From: an uncultured Verrucomicrobiales bacterium
GTDB taxonomy: Bacteria > Verrucomicrobiota > Verrucomicrobiia > Verrucomicrobiales > Akkermansiaceae
DNA length: 64,000 nucleotides
Reading direction: 5' to 3'
Assembly: GCA_937928425.1 (NCBI GenBank)
Contig: CALFVL010000077.1
Coordinates: forward strand, 24,448-88,447
Of this stretch, positions 20,501 through 28,144 are shown in pieces; the stretch's first letter is position 1, and the number at the start of each line of letters is the position of its first letter. Position numbers and translations under genes: made by a program. The notes beneath the pieces were generated by a model, which made no database searches, was not told the DNA's origin, and saw only the letters and a list, made by a program, of their open reading frames with translations.

Positions 20501-23326
20501 GCTGAAGTGGCCCTGAGGGTGATCCTTGCTAATCAGATGTTACAACTTGGTGAAGACGAGGAAGAGCCAAGTTTAGAACAGTTCATCGCAGTGGCAGAAG
20601 GAGTGAAAGGGATCAGCTTTAGTAATTCGAGGGAAGAGAGAGCTGAACTGAGCGACCTACTGCTTAAAGAGAAGGACTTAAACTCTGATCTCCAAAAACT
20701 GGCAGCGGCCTCTCTGCGTGAGGATAAGAAAGGGAGAGAAATGATTCAGCCCTTCCTGGAAAAGAATATTAAATTTGTGGAGAAATTGATCGAGAGGCAC
20801 CCAGCTCAGTCGCTGAAAATTCTAAGAGGCTGGTTCCCTGAAATGGGAGATTCTAAGGTGTCAGCCCCGCTGCGAGAGGTTCTTGGCAGTTTTTCTGAAG
20901 ATGCGCGAGTGGCTGAGGTCGCTACGATGGAAAAGTGGTTTAAGGAAGGACCTCCTGATGTATCTGAGCATAATTATAGTGAGTTTTGGGAGAAGTTGAT
21001 GGTGAAAATTCCGTTCGATGAAGAGTTGGCTCATCGAGTGGCGATCCGAGCGTTACAAGAGGCTCAGAAGATCTTAGCTCGCTCACGCAGAGTTCCCCGA
21101 AGTAATGGAGCGGATGACTGTCTTCAGGCACTGTTAAGATTACTCAAGAGGCAAGAAGGAGGAATAAACATCCCTCAGCAGGTGCGCCTACTTAATGCAA
21201 TCTACCATAGTGAAATCGGGGAGAGTTTGCTGGAGCCATCTGGTCTGAGTTCTTACTCCACCGACTGGGCTTGGGATCAATTCATCGAGAAGACCGATGA
21301 AAAGGCGAAATCGGACGAGACGGCGGAACCTCTGATCTTCGAATGGTTAAAAGAATTAGATCAGGAGGAGCAGATGAGCTTGGCGGTTTTACTTTCGAGT
21401 GGACTCTTTGACGCGAAGACACAGATCGCGTGGAGGCTTGAGAAACATGCCAAGGTCTTTGCCGAAGAGTCTCCGTTTTTATTAGAGCTGGTGAACCTCT
21501 CTAAGAAATACGCTGTGTGGTCTAGGAGGAAGGATGAAAAGTTGCTGCTGAGTGCCCGACGATCCTATCTAACACTCTTAAAAAATGAAACGCTAGCGGT
21601 CGCCCTAAAGGTAGAACTTATATCAAGTGTGAGCCGGGAGGCAAATTTTCTTCATGCTGACAATGGTGTGTTACAAGAGATTCTTAAAATCATTTTAGAA
21701 TATGTTCATGAGGGACGGGATCTAACTGAGAGTTCTTTCCCTCGGGCGTTTTCAGCATTCTCATTTTTAGGTTTCGATCTGGAGTCTGAAGTTGGAGGGA
21801 GTTTGGTGGAGGTGGTCGAACAGCATTTCTTACGTCCCCTTGCAGCCCAAAGCCGGAAGGCGGAAGAATGGGAGAAACTCTCTCTGAGTATCATTCGTTT
21901 TGCTCTAAGGTCAGAGCGAAATGAACTTGCGAAGAAGGTTGTTCGTGGAAATTATGGAAGTTTTCGAGGTGTGCTTGAACTTGTTTTACTATTTGGTGAA
22001 GCGGGTGAGTATGAGACCTTAACTGAGTTATTTCCTTCGAGAACTGGCGTTTACGATCGAAGAAATGTCGCTAATTATGGCCAAAATTTTCATGCACTGT
22101 GTTCTCAAATTCTAGAGAACGTTCCAGAAGAACCGGGCTATCATCTAGCGGTAGTTTGCGCAGACCGCATCGACACAACTAGAAGCGGGGTCCTACGTCA
22201 TGAGATCTTACGAGAGGAACGACTTGAGAAACTAGCGAAAGATTTTTCCGAGAAGGGTGGCGCGCTTAAGGGAGATGCCCGCTTAGAAGTGCTTGCCATT
22301 TTATCTACAGTTTCTTCATCGGCACGCCATGTGGAAGCTGAGTTACGGGAGTACTGGGAGCGCTTAACGATTGCGGACGGTTTTCTTTTTAGTGAGAACA
22401 GTTCCTCAATTCGTCGGCGTGACGGCTTTAAGCTTCTGATGGGAATCGTGCAGTTAGATCTGGAAGAGAAGAATTTCGGGCCGACCCGGGCAAAATTGAC
22501 GGAGTTTCAGAAAATGGTATTGGGTGATGGGAGTGATGCTTGGAAGCTGCGTTATCAGGCCGATGAAGTCTTCGGGTGGATCGGGCGGGGACTCATCCAA
22601 GTCGCTTTACGTGGCCCAGAGGATGCGCTTGCCGCATTGGAAGAAGCTAAGATCTACTTTGATTTAGCGGCACAGATTAAGAAGTCGTCTGCGGTGATGA
22701 ATGCGATGGATGGAGCAGGCCTCATCATATCCTCCTTGGCTGGACCACGTGGAGACTGGAAAGACTTCCTAAATTCCCATCCTGAGAAAAAAGCCTACGT
22801 CAAGATTGCTAAGAGCCGGTCAAAGAGCAGCATTTTCTCTGACTTGGCGAGTGTTGACTGGAGTGATCCCAGTAAGGAAGCGATCCGGGCAAAGATTCTG
22901 CGCGCTTTACTAGATAATCCCTACTATCATGAGCGTGAAATTTCTCATGTTCACGATTTTTCAGGCTTGGGGAATTCGCGGCTCTTTACAATTCGCGACG
23001 TGATCGATGTGGTCAAAGCTCTCCCTGAAGAGCACCCGTTTAAGGCGATAGCGACCTTCCACATCGCAGCGCTTCAAACGTACCGCTTTGGTCAGAAGTA
23101 TCTTAAAGAGGGTATGGCGGCCTACGACGAAGCTCACCGGATTGCCCTGAGTGCGGGGAATGAAGTTTTAGCTAACCAGATTTGGGCTCATCGTTGTGAG
23201 GTGTTTTACAAGAATGGGAAGAAGGATGAGGCGAAGAAGGATGGGCCGAGGGTGAAACCAGAGCTTTTACCAAAGAGGGAGCAAAAGTGGATTAGGAGAG
23301 CTTTGCAAAAATGGTCAAAAGGGTAA
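14552..23326 (+). CDS. Giant secreted TPR/alpha-solenoid protein (~2,924 aa) of unknown function
   Basis: One uninterrupted 8.8-kb ORF (track start TTG 14546, first ATG 14552). The N-terminus MKIVGLRWGILLAIFLLGASALGLAEE looks like a signal peptide. The first ~1,000 aa show TPR-like 34-aa helical repeats (e.g. AAEWRVLGALHQYLGEDEEALKALNEAVQRD and GMYLARSGQVEEAVKAWKGVITAYPKD). The rest is E/L/K/A-rich with no motif I recognise. Confidence 0.7.
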   Translation: MKIVGLRWGILLAIFLLGASALGLAEEVEVSEEPNEKAARYHSLLLKRPGNATVFGRFVDAWLDSGTKEGLKNWLRSGAEEGAAAEWRVLGALHQYLGEDEEALKALNEAVQRDGKSGELRLARAKLQARLLAFEAALKDLELALKDEKMAIEAAKLKGMYLARSGQVEEAVKAWKGVITAYPKDENLREDLIEVEVMEGLYEDAIETSRDLVKMTKDPYKKALRRLRLGDIEVLAGEREAGLRTYEAILSASGEGTWLEREVLAQVERVFLKEDDLKGLRDFYQSLREKHPQRVSIRKVLARQMALNDEMEEAIALFREVMRITPGDLGNREEFVAFLETHERWEEAKEELELLLGKEKGDAVLWERLSRVEAKLGNEEGLKVALEKLTELKSGTAEGVLASANLYEQAELKVEAEAILRAGRERFSESLELAEGLAIFLIQNNKELEALEIWKRLAEGADREGLLRVARSLSGQGKVELAFELLSKRVGEFENDSLVLAQYCKLANSEEEATRAIPQGIALVNEAASASELETAVRTVLRLVARSGQGEEVSKNLAKDKAASVASLCLLSAIYQEQGDSRKASETLERAASQDGGILARFYRVSFEEERGEIQEAIKVMREIIETSEGRKTVHLRRLVDLLEWSGDYEKALVAVDEWKRMAPGDHAAWKRRAKLLQASGKSEAAVMELRRMIGKFGAEEQYRAELAGALLLAAEFTQAQRIYEQLYSESENLETKLKWASEMAQLARREGRLEDLLEDFEGRKRSNPSSVAPVLAIAEIHRVLDQYEERRSALLEASRRRPEDTQLLARIAEVEERAGEFDRAVGILRDAVKLDKTVESKKRLSKLLFKTGEVQAGLDLLNEMPTVLNDPRGLEEVVQALIRAEEGGQALRVLERYSDQHLADWRLRYLYGIALDLDGQDGAALEIFTELLRGGDEIRGLKPLLPPVKGNQNLGPWKVIFDANGWSELIYYQRFIATRASAQSGRSAAVQIALPGTPRELQILSLLQAGKVLNGLTEGEKKEGRSLISLPGIKEVELLTALMSGEQALAAQMLKKRLEESPDDPGLFTLSLLYKGESGGISLEDFEKAKSLLLADYPGAFGVIAFTAMQNTELSAEMIAEVLGKSVESLDQEEGGELMELMSSYVFSGFGYRVNNGNDLDPLKDLMSGWVIKASKRSKNWRWMPRVVPHLLAGQKNDEVILLINRFCEWEKQDRESRQVGRSSNQYGFGGTSPRGRYLVNPAFPPPSLKGVPRSFLSLFPIKARKTGEESGGAERQKLLAQLQLENEGGGGLGENLSARIPEIENLALRALAYLSLGKEEEGAKLIEGMLESREESLLLFCAGYFSDREDPRAYEALLRARNLSLSRELRKQVDGHLAMLGSSLAGRKDLEIDLEPAQRAALRLRRVASFEERDELADTLVKLGLKNEAQRLSSAPKSPPTRAIPGGTGSKRQVRERITELHKAGNLDGAAREAAKQFRILSSQRGNDWELRQLAEKLTTRELKEETLKKLDPGESESRKRILEFARAQEIFGTREKARKSFEKILAKDADHIEALVGAIRNTPFSELDESRIIIRKDGKIDVEASGEVFGNLWENAGSSELGLEHYLQVCELTALFLERLPPSEEADRNLSWVPYHILDFAKERYLGNKNLSPLVARGERNSYGREQDEEASQKRNDAARAVFLKMIKHPQIAEQGFMLLEASKESLNLGDDELVQIAQTVVEKIVQKEKMSERISSRDLWAKYYRGGSIHSEDLAYAKDPITWLLSYDAKKQVGALTPEIFEKLKKHDSALMESLGQARKIAEAQGSEAERLYLEWKEGLPEQKVKDAVTLAKMLLLFSPEDGAWADDLESLLLSPKSPAGIYNLSQDNETGPQLIMEWAKWRLETGGAVACDKFLLRVYESAFGPSEKWGILAQLGEDSLPQKYKQASYSIHKVNHLLLTHPGLVRPALLFLSKYPLRDFVYQLEDAITEAWSPSYASAEVALRVILANQMLQLGEDEEEPSLEQFIAVAEGVKGISFSNSREERAELSDLLLKEKDLNSDLQKLAAASLREDKKGREMIQPFLEKNIKFVEKLIERHPAQSLKILRGWFPEMGDSKVSAPLREVLGSFSEDARVAEVATMEKWFKEGPPDVSEHNYSEFWEKLMVKIPFDEELAHRVAIRALQEAQKILARSRRVPRSNGADDCLQALLRLLKRQEGGINIPQQVRLLNAIYHSEIGESLLEPSGLSSYSTDWAWDQFIEKTDEKAKSDETAEPLIFEWLKELDQEEQMSLAVLLSSGLFDAKTQIAWRLEKHAKVFAEESPFLLELVNLSKKYAVWSRRKDEKLLLSARRSYLTLLKNETLAVALKVELISSVSREANFLHADNGVLQEILKIILEYVHEGRDLTESSFPRAFSAFSFLGFDLESEVGGSLVEVVEQHFLRPLAAQSRKAEEWEKLSLSIIRFALRSERNELAKKVVRGNYGSFRGVLELVLLFGEAGEYETLTELFPSRTGVYDRRNVANYGQNFHALCSQILENVPEEPGYHLAVVCADRIDTTRSGVLRHEILREERLEKLAKDFSEKGGALKGDARLEVLAILSTVSSSARHVEAELREYWERLTIADGFLFSENSSSIRRRDGFKLLMGIVQLDLEEKNFGPTRAKLTEFQKMVLGDGSDAWKLRYQADEVFGWIGRGLIQVALRGPEDALAALEEAKIYFDLAAQIKKSSAVMNAMDGAGLIISSLAGPRGDWKDFLNSHPEKKAYVKIAKSRSKSSIFSDLASVDWSDPSKEAIRAKILRALLDNPYYHEREISHVHDFSGLGNSRLFTIRDVIDVVKALPEEHPFKAIATFHIAALQTYRFGQKYLKEGMAAYDEAHRIALSAGNEVLANQIWAHRCEVFYKNGKKDEAKKDGPRVKPELLPKREQKWIRRALQKWSKG

Positions 23327-23405
23327 TTCGGCGAGATTCCATAGGTTTTCGGTGATTAAGCATTGCGTGGCTGGTCTACGAGGCTAGCGTCTTGCCGATT
23401 CCCGC

Positions 23406-24584
23406 ATGAATATCCACGAATATCAGGCAAAGGAGTTGTTCGACCGTTTTGAAGTCCCCAGTCCGCGGGGCCAAATGGCCGAGTCAGCTGAAGCGGCGAA
23501 AGCCATCGCAGAAGAAATCGGATCAGACCTCATGGTCGTGAAGGCTCAGGTGCATGCTGGAGGCCGTGGCAAGGGGACTTTTAAAAATGGCTTCGAAGGA
23601 GGGGTTCACCTGACTAAGGATGCGAGCGAGATCGGCGTCATTGCCGGGAAGATGATAGGTGAGACCCTCGTGACGAAGCAGACCGGAGATGAGGGCCGTC
23701 TGGTCCGCAAGGTGATGGTGGCTGACGCGGTGGATATCAAGCATGAGTACTACCTCTCGATGCTGATGGACCGGGATACCAGCCGTCCTGTGATCGTAGC
23801 CTCAGTAGAAGGGGGCATGGACATCGAGGAGGTGGCAGAGAACCGCCCCGAAAAAATTATCAAGCAATTGATCCATCCACTCGCTGGACTACAGGCTTAC
23901 GAAGTCCGAAAACTCACAGCAGCCCTCGGCTTCCAAGGACCAGCGGCGAAGGCCTTTGGCAAGCTTCTTAAAAATCTCTACAAGCTCTTTGTATCTCTCG
24001 ATTGTGATATGGTTGAGATTAATCCTTTAGTGGAAACCACTGATGGGCAGGTCTTGGCCCTTGATGCTAAATTTGGGTTCGACGATAATGCGCTTTATCG
24101 TCATCCCGAAATTCTAGCCTATCGTGACACTGAGGAAGAAGATCCTCGCGAAGTGGCGGCCTCGGAATTCGATCTGAGCTATATCGGCCTAGATGGTAAT
24201 ATTGCCTGCCTTGTTAATGGTGCGGGCCTCGCGATGGCGACGATGGATGCCATCAAATTTGCAGGGGGGGACCCTGCCAACTTCCTCGATGTAGGTGGTG
24301 GCGCGACTAAAGAACAAGTGGTGGGAGCTTTTAACATCATTCAGTCCGATCCTAAAGTTGAGGCGATTTTGATCAATATCTTCGGAGGGATTATGGACTG
24401 CAATGTCATCGCTGAAGGAGTGGTGGCAGCGGTGCAGGAAACGGGGCTTCAGCTTCCACTCATCGTTCGTCTAGAGGGGAATAACGTCTCGGCTGGACGT
24501 CGCACTCTGAAGGATTCAGGGCTGGCGATTACCGGTGCCGAGGATCTAGCTGATGCCGCTAAGAAGGCCGTCGCTTCCGTTTAA
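23406..24584 (+). CDS. sucC: Succinyl-CoA ligase (ADP-forming) beta subunit
   Basis: 392 aa. Contains [26 protein letters not shown] and NIFGGIMDC. Confidence 0.95.
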   Translation: MNIHEYQAKELFDRFEVPSPRGQMAESAEAAKAIAEEIGSDLMVVKAQVHAGGRGKGTFKNGFEGGVHLTKDASEIGVIAGKMIGETLVTKQTGDEGRLVRKVMVADAVDIKHEYYLSMLMDRDTSRPVIVASVEGGMDIEEVAENRPEKIIKQLIHPLAGLQAYEVRKLTAALGFQGPAAKAFGKLLKNLYKLFVSLDCDMVEINPLVETTDGQVLALDAKFGFDDNALYRHPEILAYRDTEEEDPREVAASEFDLSYIGLDGNIACLVNGAGLAMATMDAIKFAGGDPANFLDVGGGATKEQVVGAFNIIQSDPKVEAILINIFGGIMDCNVIAEGVVAAVQETGLQLPLIVRLEGNNVSAGRRTLKDSGLAITGAEDLADAAKKAVASV

Positions 24585-24610
24585 AAATTTAAGCTTAAAA
24601 TTTTAATAAA

Positions 24611-25516
24611 ATGTCTATTCTCGTAAATGAAGACACCAAGGTTTTGGTGCAAGGAATCACTGGGGGCTTTGGAGGCCGTCATGCTGGCTTAAGTCTGGAC
24701 TACGGCACCGCGCTCGTTGCTGGAGTCACCCCAGGAAAAGGGGGGCAAAGCTTCACTCATGGAGATCACAAAGTGCCTGTTTATGATACCGTTTCAGATG
24801 CAGTCCGAGAAACAGGCGCGACGACGTCTGCCATTTTTGTGCCACCTCCCTTCGCTGCTGATGCGATTCTCGAGGCGGTGGATGCTGAGGTGGATCTCAT
24901 CGTAGCCATTACCGAGGGGATTCCTGTCATGGACATGATGCGGGTGAAGGAATACATGCGTGGTTCTAAGACTCGCCTTATCGGGCCAAATTGCCCCGGA
25001 GTGGTGACTCCCGGAACGGGATCTGATTCCACTGGGGGATGCCGGATAGGCATCGCGCCGGGCTACATTCACAAGAAGGGGAATGTGGGCATTCTTTCTC
25101 GTTCAGGGACTTTAACGTATGAGGCCGTTTGGCAGGTGACTTCACTTGGTTATGGTCAGAGCACCTGCGTGGGGATTGGTGGAGATCCGATTAATGGGAC
25201 CTCTCATCTGGACATCATTAAGCTTTTCAATGAAGACCCCGAAACCGAGGCCATCATTATGATTGGTGAGATCGGTGGTTCGGCAGAAGAAGAGGCGGCT
25301 GCTTGGATTAAAGAGAACTGTAAGAAACCAGTTGCTGGATTCATTGCAGGTGCAACAGCACCTCCGGGCCGCCGGATGGGGCATGCGGGAGCAATCGTCT
25401 CGGGAGGGCAAGGCACCGCAGAAGCGAAGAAAGCAGCGATGAATGATGCCGGAATCGTAGTGGCAGAAACTCCCTCAGAGATGGGCCAAGCTCTGCTTAA
25501 GGCATGGGGGAAATAG
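24611..25516 (+). CDS. sucD: Succinyl-CoA ligase alpha subunit
   Basis: 301 aa. Contains [24 protein letters not shown] and the [10 protein letters not shown] phosphohistidine loop. Confidence 0.95.
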   Translation: MSILVNEDTKVLVQGITGGFGGRHAGLSLDYGTALVAGVTPGKGGQSFTHGDHKVPVYDTVSDAVRETGATTSAIFVPPPFAADAILEAVDAEVDLIVAITEGIPVMDMMRVKEYMRGSKTRLIGPNCPGVVTPGTGSDSTGGCRIGIAPGYIHKKGNVGILSRSGTLTYEAVWQVTSLGYGQSTCVGIGGDPINGTSHLDIIKLFNEDPETEAIIMIGEIGGSAEEEAAAWIKENCKKPVAGFIAGATAPPGRRMGHAGAIVSGGQGTAEAKKAAMNDAGIVVAETPSEMGQALLKAWGK

Positions 25517-25542
25517 CGGCCTTACACTAGATTCTCAACATG

Positions 25543-25572
25543 AGCACAGAGGTCAGTCCTCTGTGCTTTTTT
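25543..25572 (+). terminator. Rho-independent terminator after sucD
   Basis: 10-bp stem agcacagagg (25543-25552) / cctctgtgct (25558-25567) with loop tcagt. The T run extends to 25572. Confidence 0.75.
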
Positions 25573-25610
25573 ATGCTCGAAGCGGGTTGGAGCCTTTATG
25601 ATCAAATAGG

Positions 25611-26663
25611 TTAGGTGACGATGACGGCATGCTCCTCGGGAGGAGCGAGGAGGCCGATTTCGGTGGCCATGGCAGCACCGTGAGTCAGGAGAATATCTTT
25701 TGCCTGTTCTAAGTCTTGAGGCTTCACGGCGAGGAGTAAACCGCCCGAGGTCTGAGCATCAGCAAGAAGGGTGTGGATCTCTTCCTCGACTCCTGCAGCG
25801 AAGGAAGTGAACTCCATGGCAAGACGTAAATTTTCACGACTGCCACCTGGGACGCAGCCTTTTTTAATGAAGTCGATGACCTCTGGCGCGATGCTGGGTA
25901 TGGCTGAGGAATTTAGATGAGCACTCACCTTAGACTCTCGGCAAAGATGGCTGAGGTGACCTAGGAGGCCGAAGCCTGTCACATCAGTCCCGGCACGAGT
26001 CAGACCACGTGAGGCAAGAGCGGCGCCGGGGATATTAAGAGACGCCATTTGCAGGGATGCTTTTTTTTCTAAATCTTCTGCACAAATACCACGCTTAATG
26101 GCGGTGGAGATGATCCCTGTCCCGAGCGCTTTGGTGAGGAGAAGAATGTCCCCGGCTTGAGCTCCAGCATTTGATATGACTTGGTTAGGATTCAGGGTGC
26201 CAGTGACCGAAAGTCCGTAGAGTGGTTCTGGGTTTTGCACCGTATGGCCACCGGCAAGAGAGCACTGTGCCTCGGCGACTTTATCGGCCCCACCTTTGAG
26301 AATCTGGTTAATCACATCGAGTGAAACATCATCGGTAGGCATGGCGACGATGTTCATGGCCGTGATGGGCTGCCCGCCCATGGCGTAGACATCAGAAAGG
26401 GAATTAGCGGCAGCAATTTGCCCAAAGAGGTAGGGATCATCCACGATGGGGGTGAAGAAATCGAGCGTTTGGACGAGGGCCGTTTCGTCATTAATCCGGT
26501 AAACGGCGGCATCGTCAGAGCTTGCAGAACCGATGAGTAAATTGGGGTCAGAGATGTGAGTGAGTCCACGCAAGACCTGCGTGAGTTCGGCTTGGCCTAG
26601 CTTTGAGGCTCATCCTCCACAGGAGGCCATTTCTGTCAGTCGTTTGATTTCCTCTCGGCTCAT
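25611..26663 (-). CDS. selD: Selenide, water dikinase (selenophosphate synthetase) with in-frame UGA = selenocysteine at codon 18
   Basis: The track ORF (25611-26573, TTG start) has the SelD body (DDAAVY, FFTPIVDDPY, AMGG). The same frame continues upstream through a single TGA (26610-26612) to ATG 26663. This gives MSREEIKRLTEMASCGG-U-ASKLGQAELTQVL, colinear with the E. coli SelD GAGC17GCK20 loop. Confidence 0.8.
26561..26589 (-). promoter_or_regulatory. SECIS-like stem-loop downstream of the selD UGA
   Basis: On the mRNA, CACGCA-GGUCU-UGCGUG (plus coordinates 26567-26583) can be extended by GAACUC/GGACUC with an internal mismatch. It begins 26 nt 3' of the UGA. The apical GCAGGUCU resembles the E. 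coli fdhF SECIS apex. Confidence 0.5.
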
Positions 26664-26746
26664 GAATAGAGACTAGCGCGAGATTGAGATTTTAAAATCC
26701 CTTTCCCTTTTTCTCTCATCGTTTTAGATTTCCACGACCCCTGAGT

Positions 26747-28135
26747 ATGTTTGAGAAAAAAGATCCTTTTGAGTTAGAAGGCGTGAAAAACCGTGAGCAT
26801 AAGCCATATCCCTGGTTTACGGCATGTTTAATTGCTCTTTTAGCACTACTTGCCTTGGTGATTCTGAGCCCGATCCCAGAGAAAATTCGGCGTAAATTAG
26901 GCCTCGCAAAGCCTCCGAAGGTGATCGTGAAACAAGGTCCGCCTCCTGAACCGGAAATTATCATCCGTGAGAAAGAAGTCGAAAAAGTGGTAAAGGTCCG
27001 CCCGACTTACTATAGCGTCAAAAAGGATTCAGATATTGCTAAAACCTCGATGGGCTTTGATTTTCATTCTGGAATTCTGGAGCGTTCGGGGCGTTTGGCA
27101 TCAGTCGAGCGGGAAGATGATGGGACCTATGAGGCGAAGTATATTCTCTCGTTTAATCGGCCTCAGTCTGCGCAGAGTTTCGAGGAAGTGTGTCAGGTCA
27201 ATGCCGCCCTCCCCAAGATTCTACCCGGTCTGCAGGGCTTAGTGGAAGGGGCTAAAGTTTCGCCATTTTTTAAGAAACTCTATGATAACAAGGCGGCACG
27301 GCTGAAAAAATATGCCAATCGCTTAGATCGTCTGCTTACTAAGCACAACTACTACGACTGTCAGACGATGTTAGAAATGGAGCATCCTGAATCGAAACGG
27401 AAAGTGTTCTTATTACAGGGAGATATGGATGTGGTTTCTGATGGATCGGATGGGGACCGGCTGGCAACGATGCCTGAGAAAATCGTTAATTCGCCCTACT
27501 ACCAGCCCTTCACCAGTTATGGATGGCCAAAGACTGGTACGGTAGAAAATCCCATGATTGCAGGGTGGCGGAGAATGCTAAGCAAGGCGAAGGCCAAGGG
27601 GGACAGTAAAGAGGTTTCTCGAATTGAGACTGGGATTGAGGATCTACAGAAAAGAAGTTTTTTGATCGCCGATTATGATCCATTTATCGTGATTCCGATT
27701 GATGTGATCCGAGATCGTGAAAGTCCTTATGGTCCGAATATAGGAGACTATGTCATCGTGATTTTTGAGGAGGAAATTTATCCCGCTATCGTAGGGGATG
27801 CAGGTCCTAGCTTTAAAGTGGGCGAGGCGAGTTTAAGAATGGCTAAGCAAATTAATGATAAGGCTTCCTCATATCATCGCCCAGTCTCGAGTGTCGGGGT
27901 AACCTACCTCGTATTTCCCCGCAGTTCTGCTGAGAAGTGGTCAGCTCCTGATTATGCTTTTTGGCGGGAGGAGTGTCTGAGGCTTCTTGATGAGGTGGGT
28001 GGCCTCGGCGAGGGTTACGAGCTGCACCAGTGGGTGAATACGCTCCCAGGGGCAGAAGCTGAGCTGGAAGAAGAGCCTGCCGCTTCTGGAGAGAATCTTG
28101 AGCGAGTGACACCCAGCGGGGAAGGGGCAGAGTAA
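26747..28135 (+). CDS. Membrane-anchored hypothetical protein; C-terminal region weakly GH75 (chitosanase)-like
   Basis: 462 aa with an N-terminal TM (PWFTACLIALLALLALVILSPI). The segment DYVIVIFEEEIYPAIVGDAGPSFKVGEASLRMAKQIN resembles the GD-x-GP...GE-x-S catalytic region of glycoside hydrolase family 75. This rests on memory of the motif only. Confidence 0.35.
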   Translation: MFEKKDPFELEGVKNREHKPYPWFTACLIALLALLALVILSPIPEKIRRKLGLAKPPKVIVKQGPPPEPEIIIREKEVEKVVKVRPTYYSVKKDSDIAKTSMGFDFHSGILERSGRLASVEREDDGTYEAKYILSFNRPQSAQSFEEVCQVNAALPKILPGLQGLVEGAKVSPFFKKLYDNKAARLKKYANRLDRLLTKHNYYDCQTMLEMEHPESKRKVFLLQGDMDVVSDGSDGDRLATMPEKIVNSPYYQPFTSYGWPKTGTVENPMIAGWRRMLSKAKAKGDSKEVSRIETGIEDLQKRSFLIADYDPFIVIPIDVIRDRESPYGPNIGDYVIVIFEEEIYPAIVGDAGPSFKVGEASLRMAKQINDKASSYHRPVSSVGVTYLVFPRSSAEKWSAPDYAFWREECLRLLDEVGGLGEGYELHQWVNTLPGAEAELEEEPAASGENLERVTPSGEGAE

Positions 28136-28144
28136 GCTCTCAGC

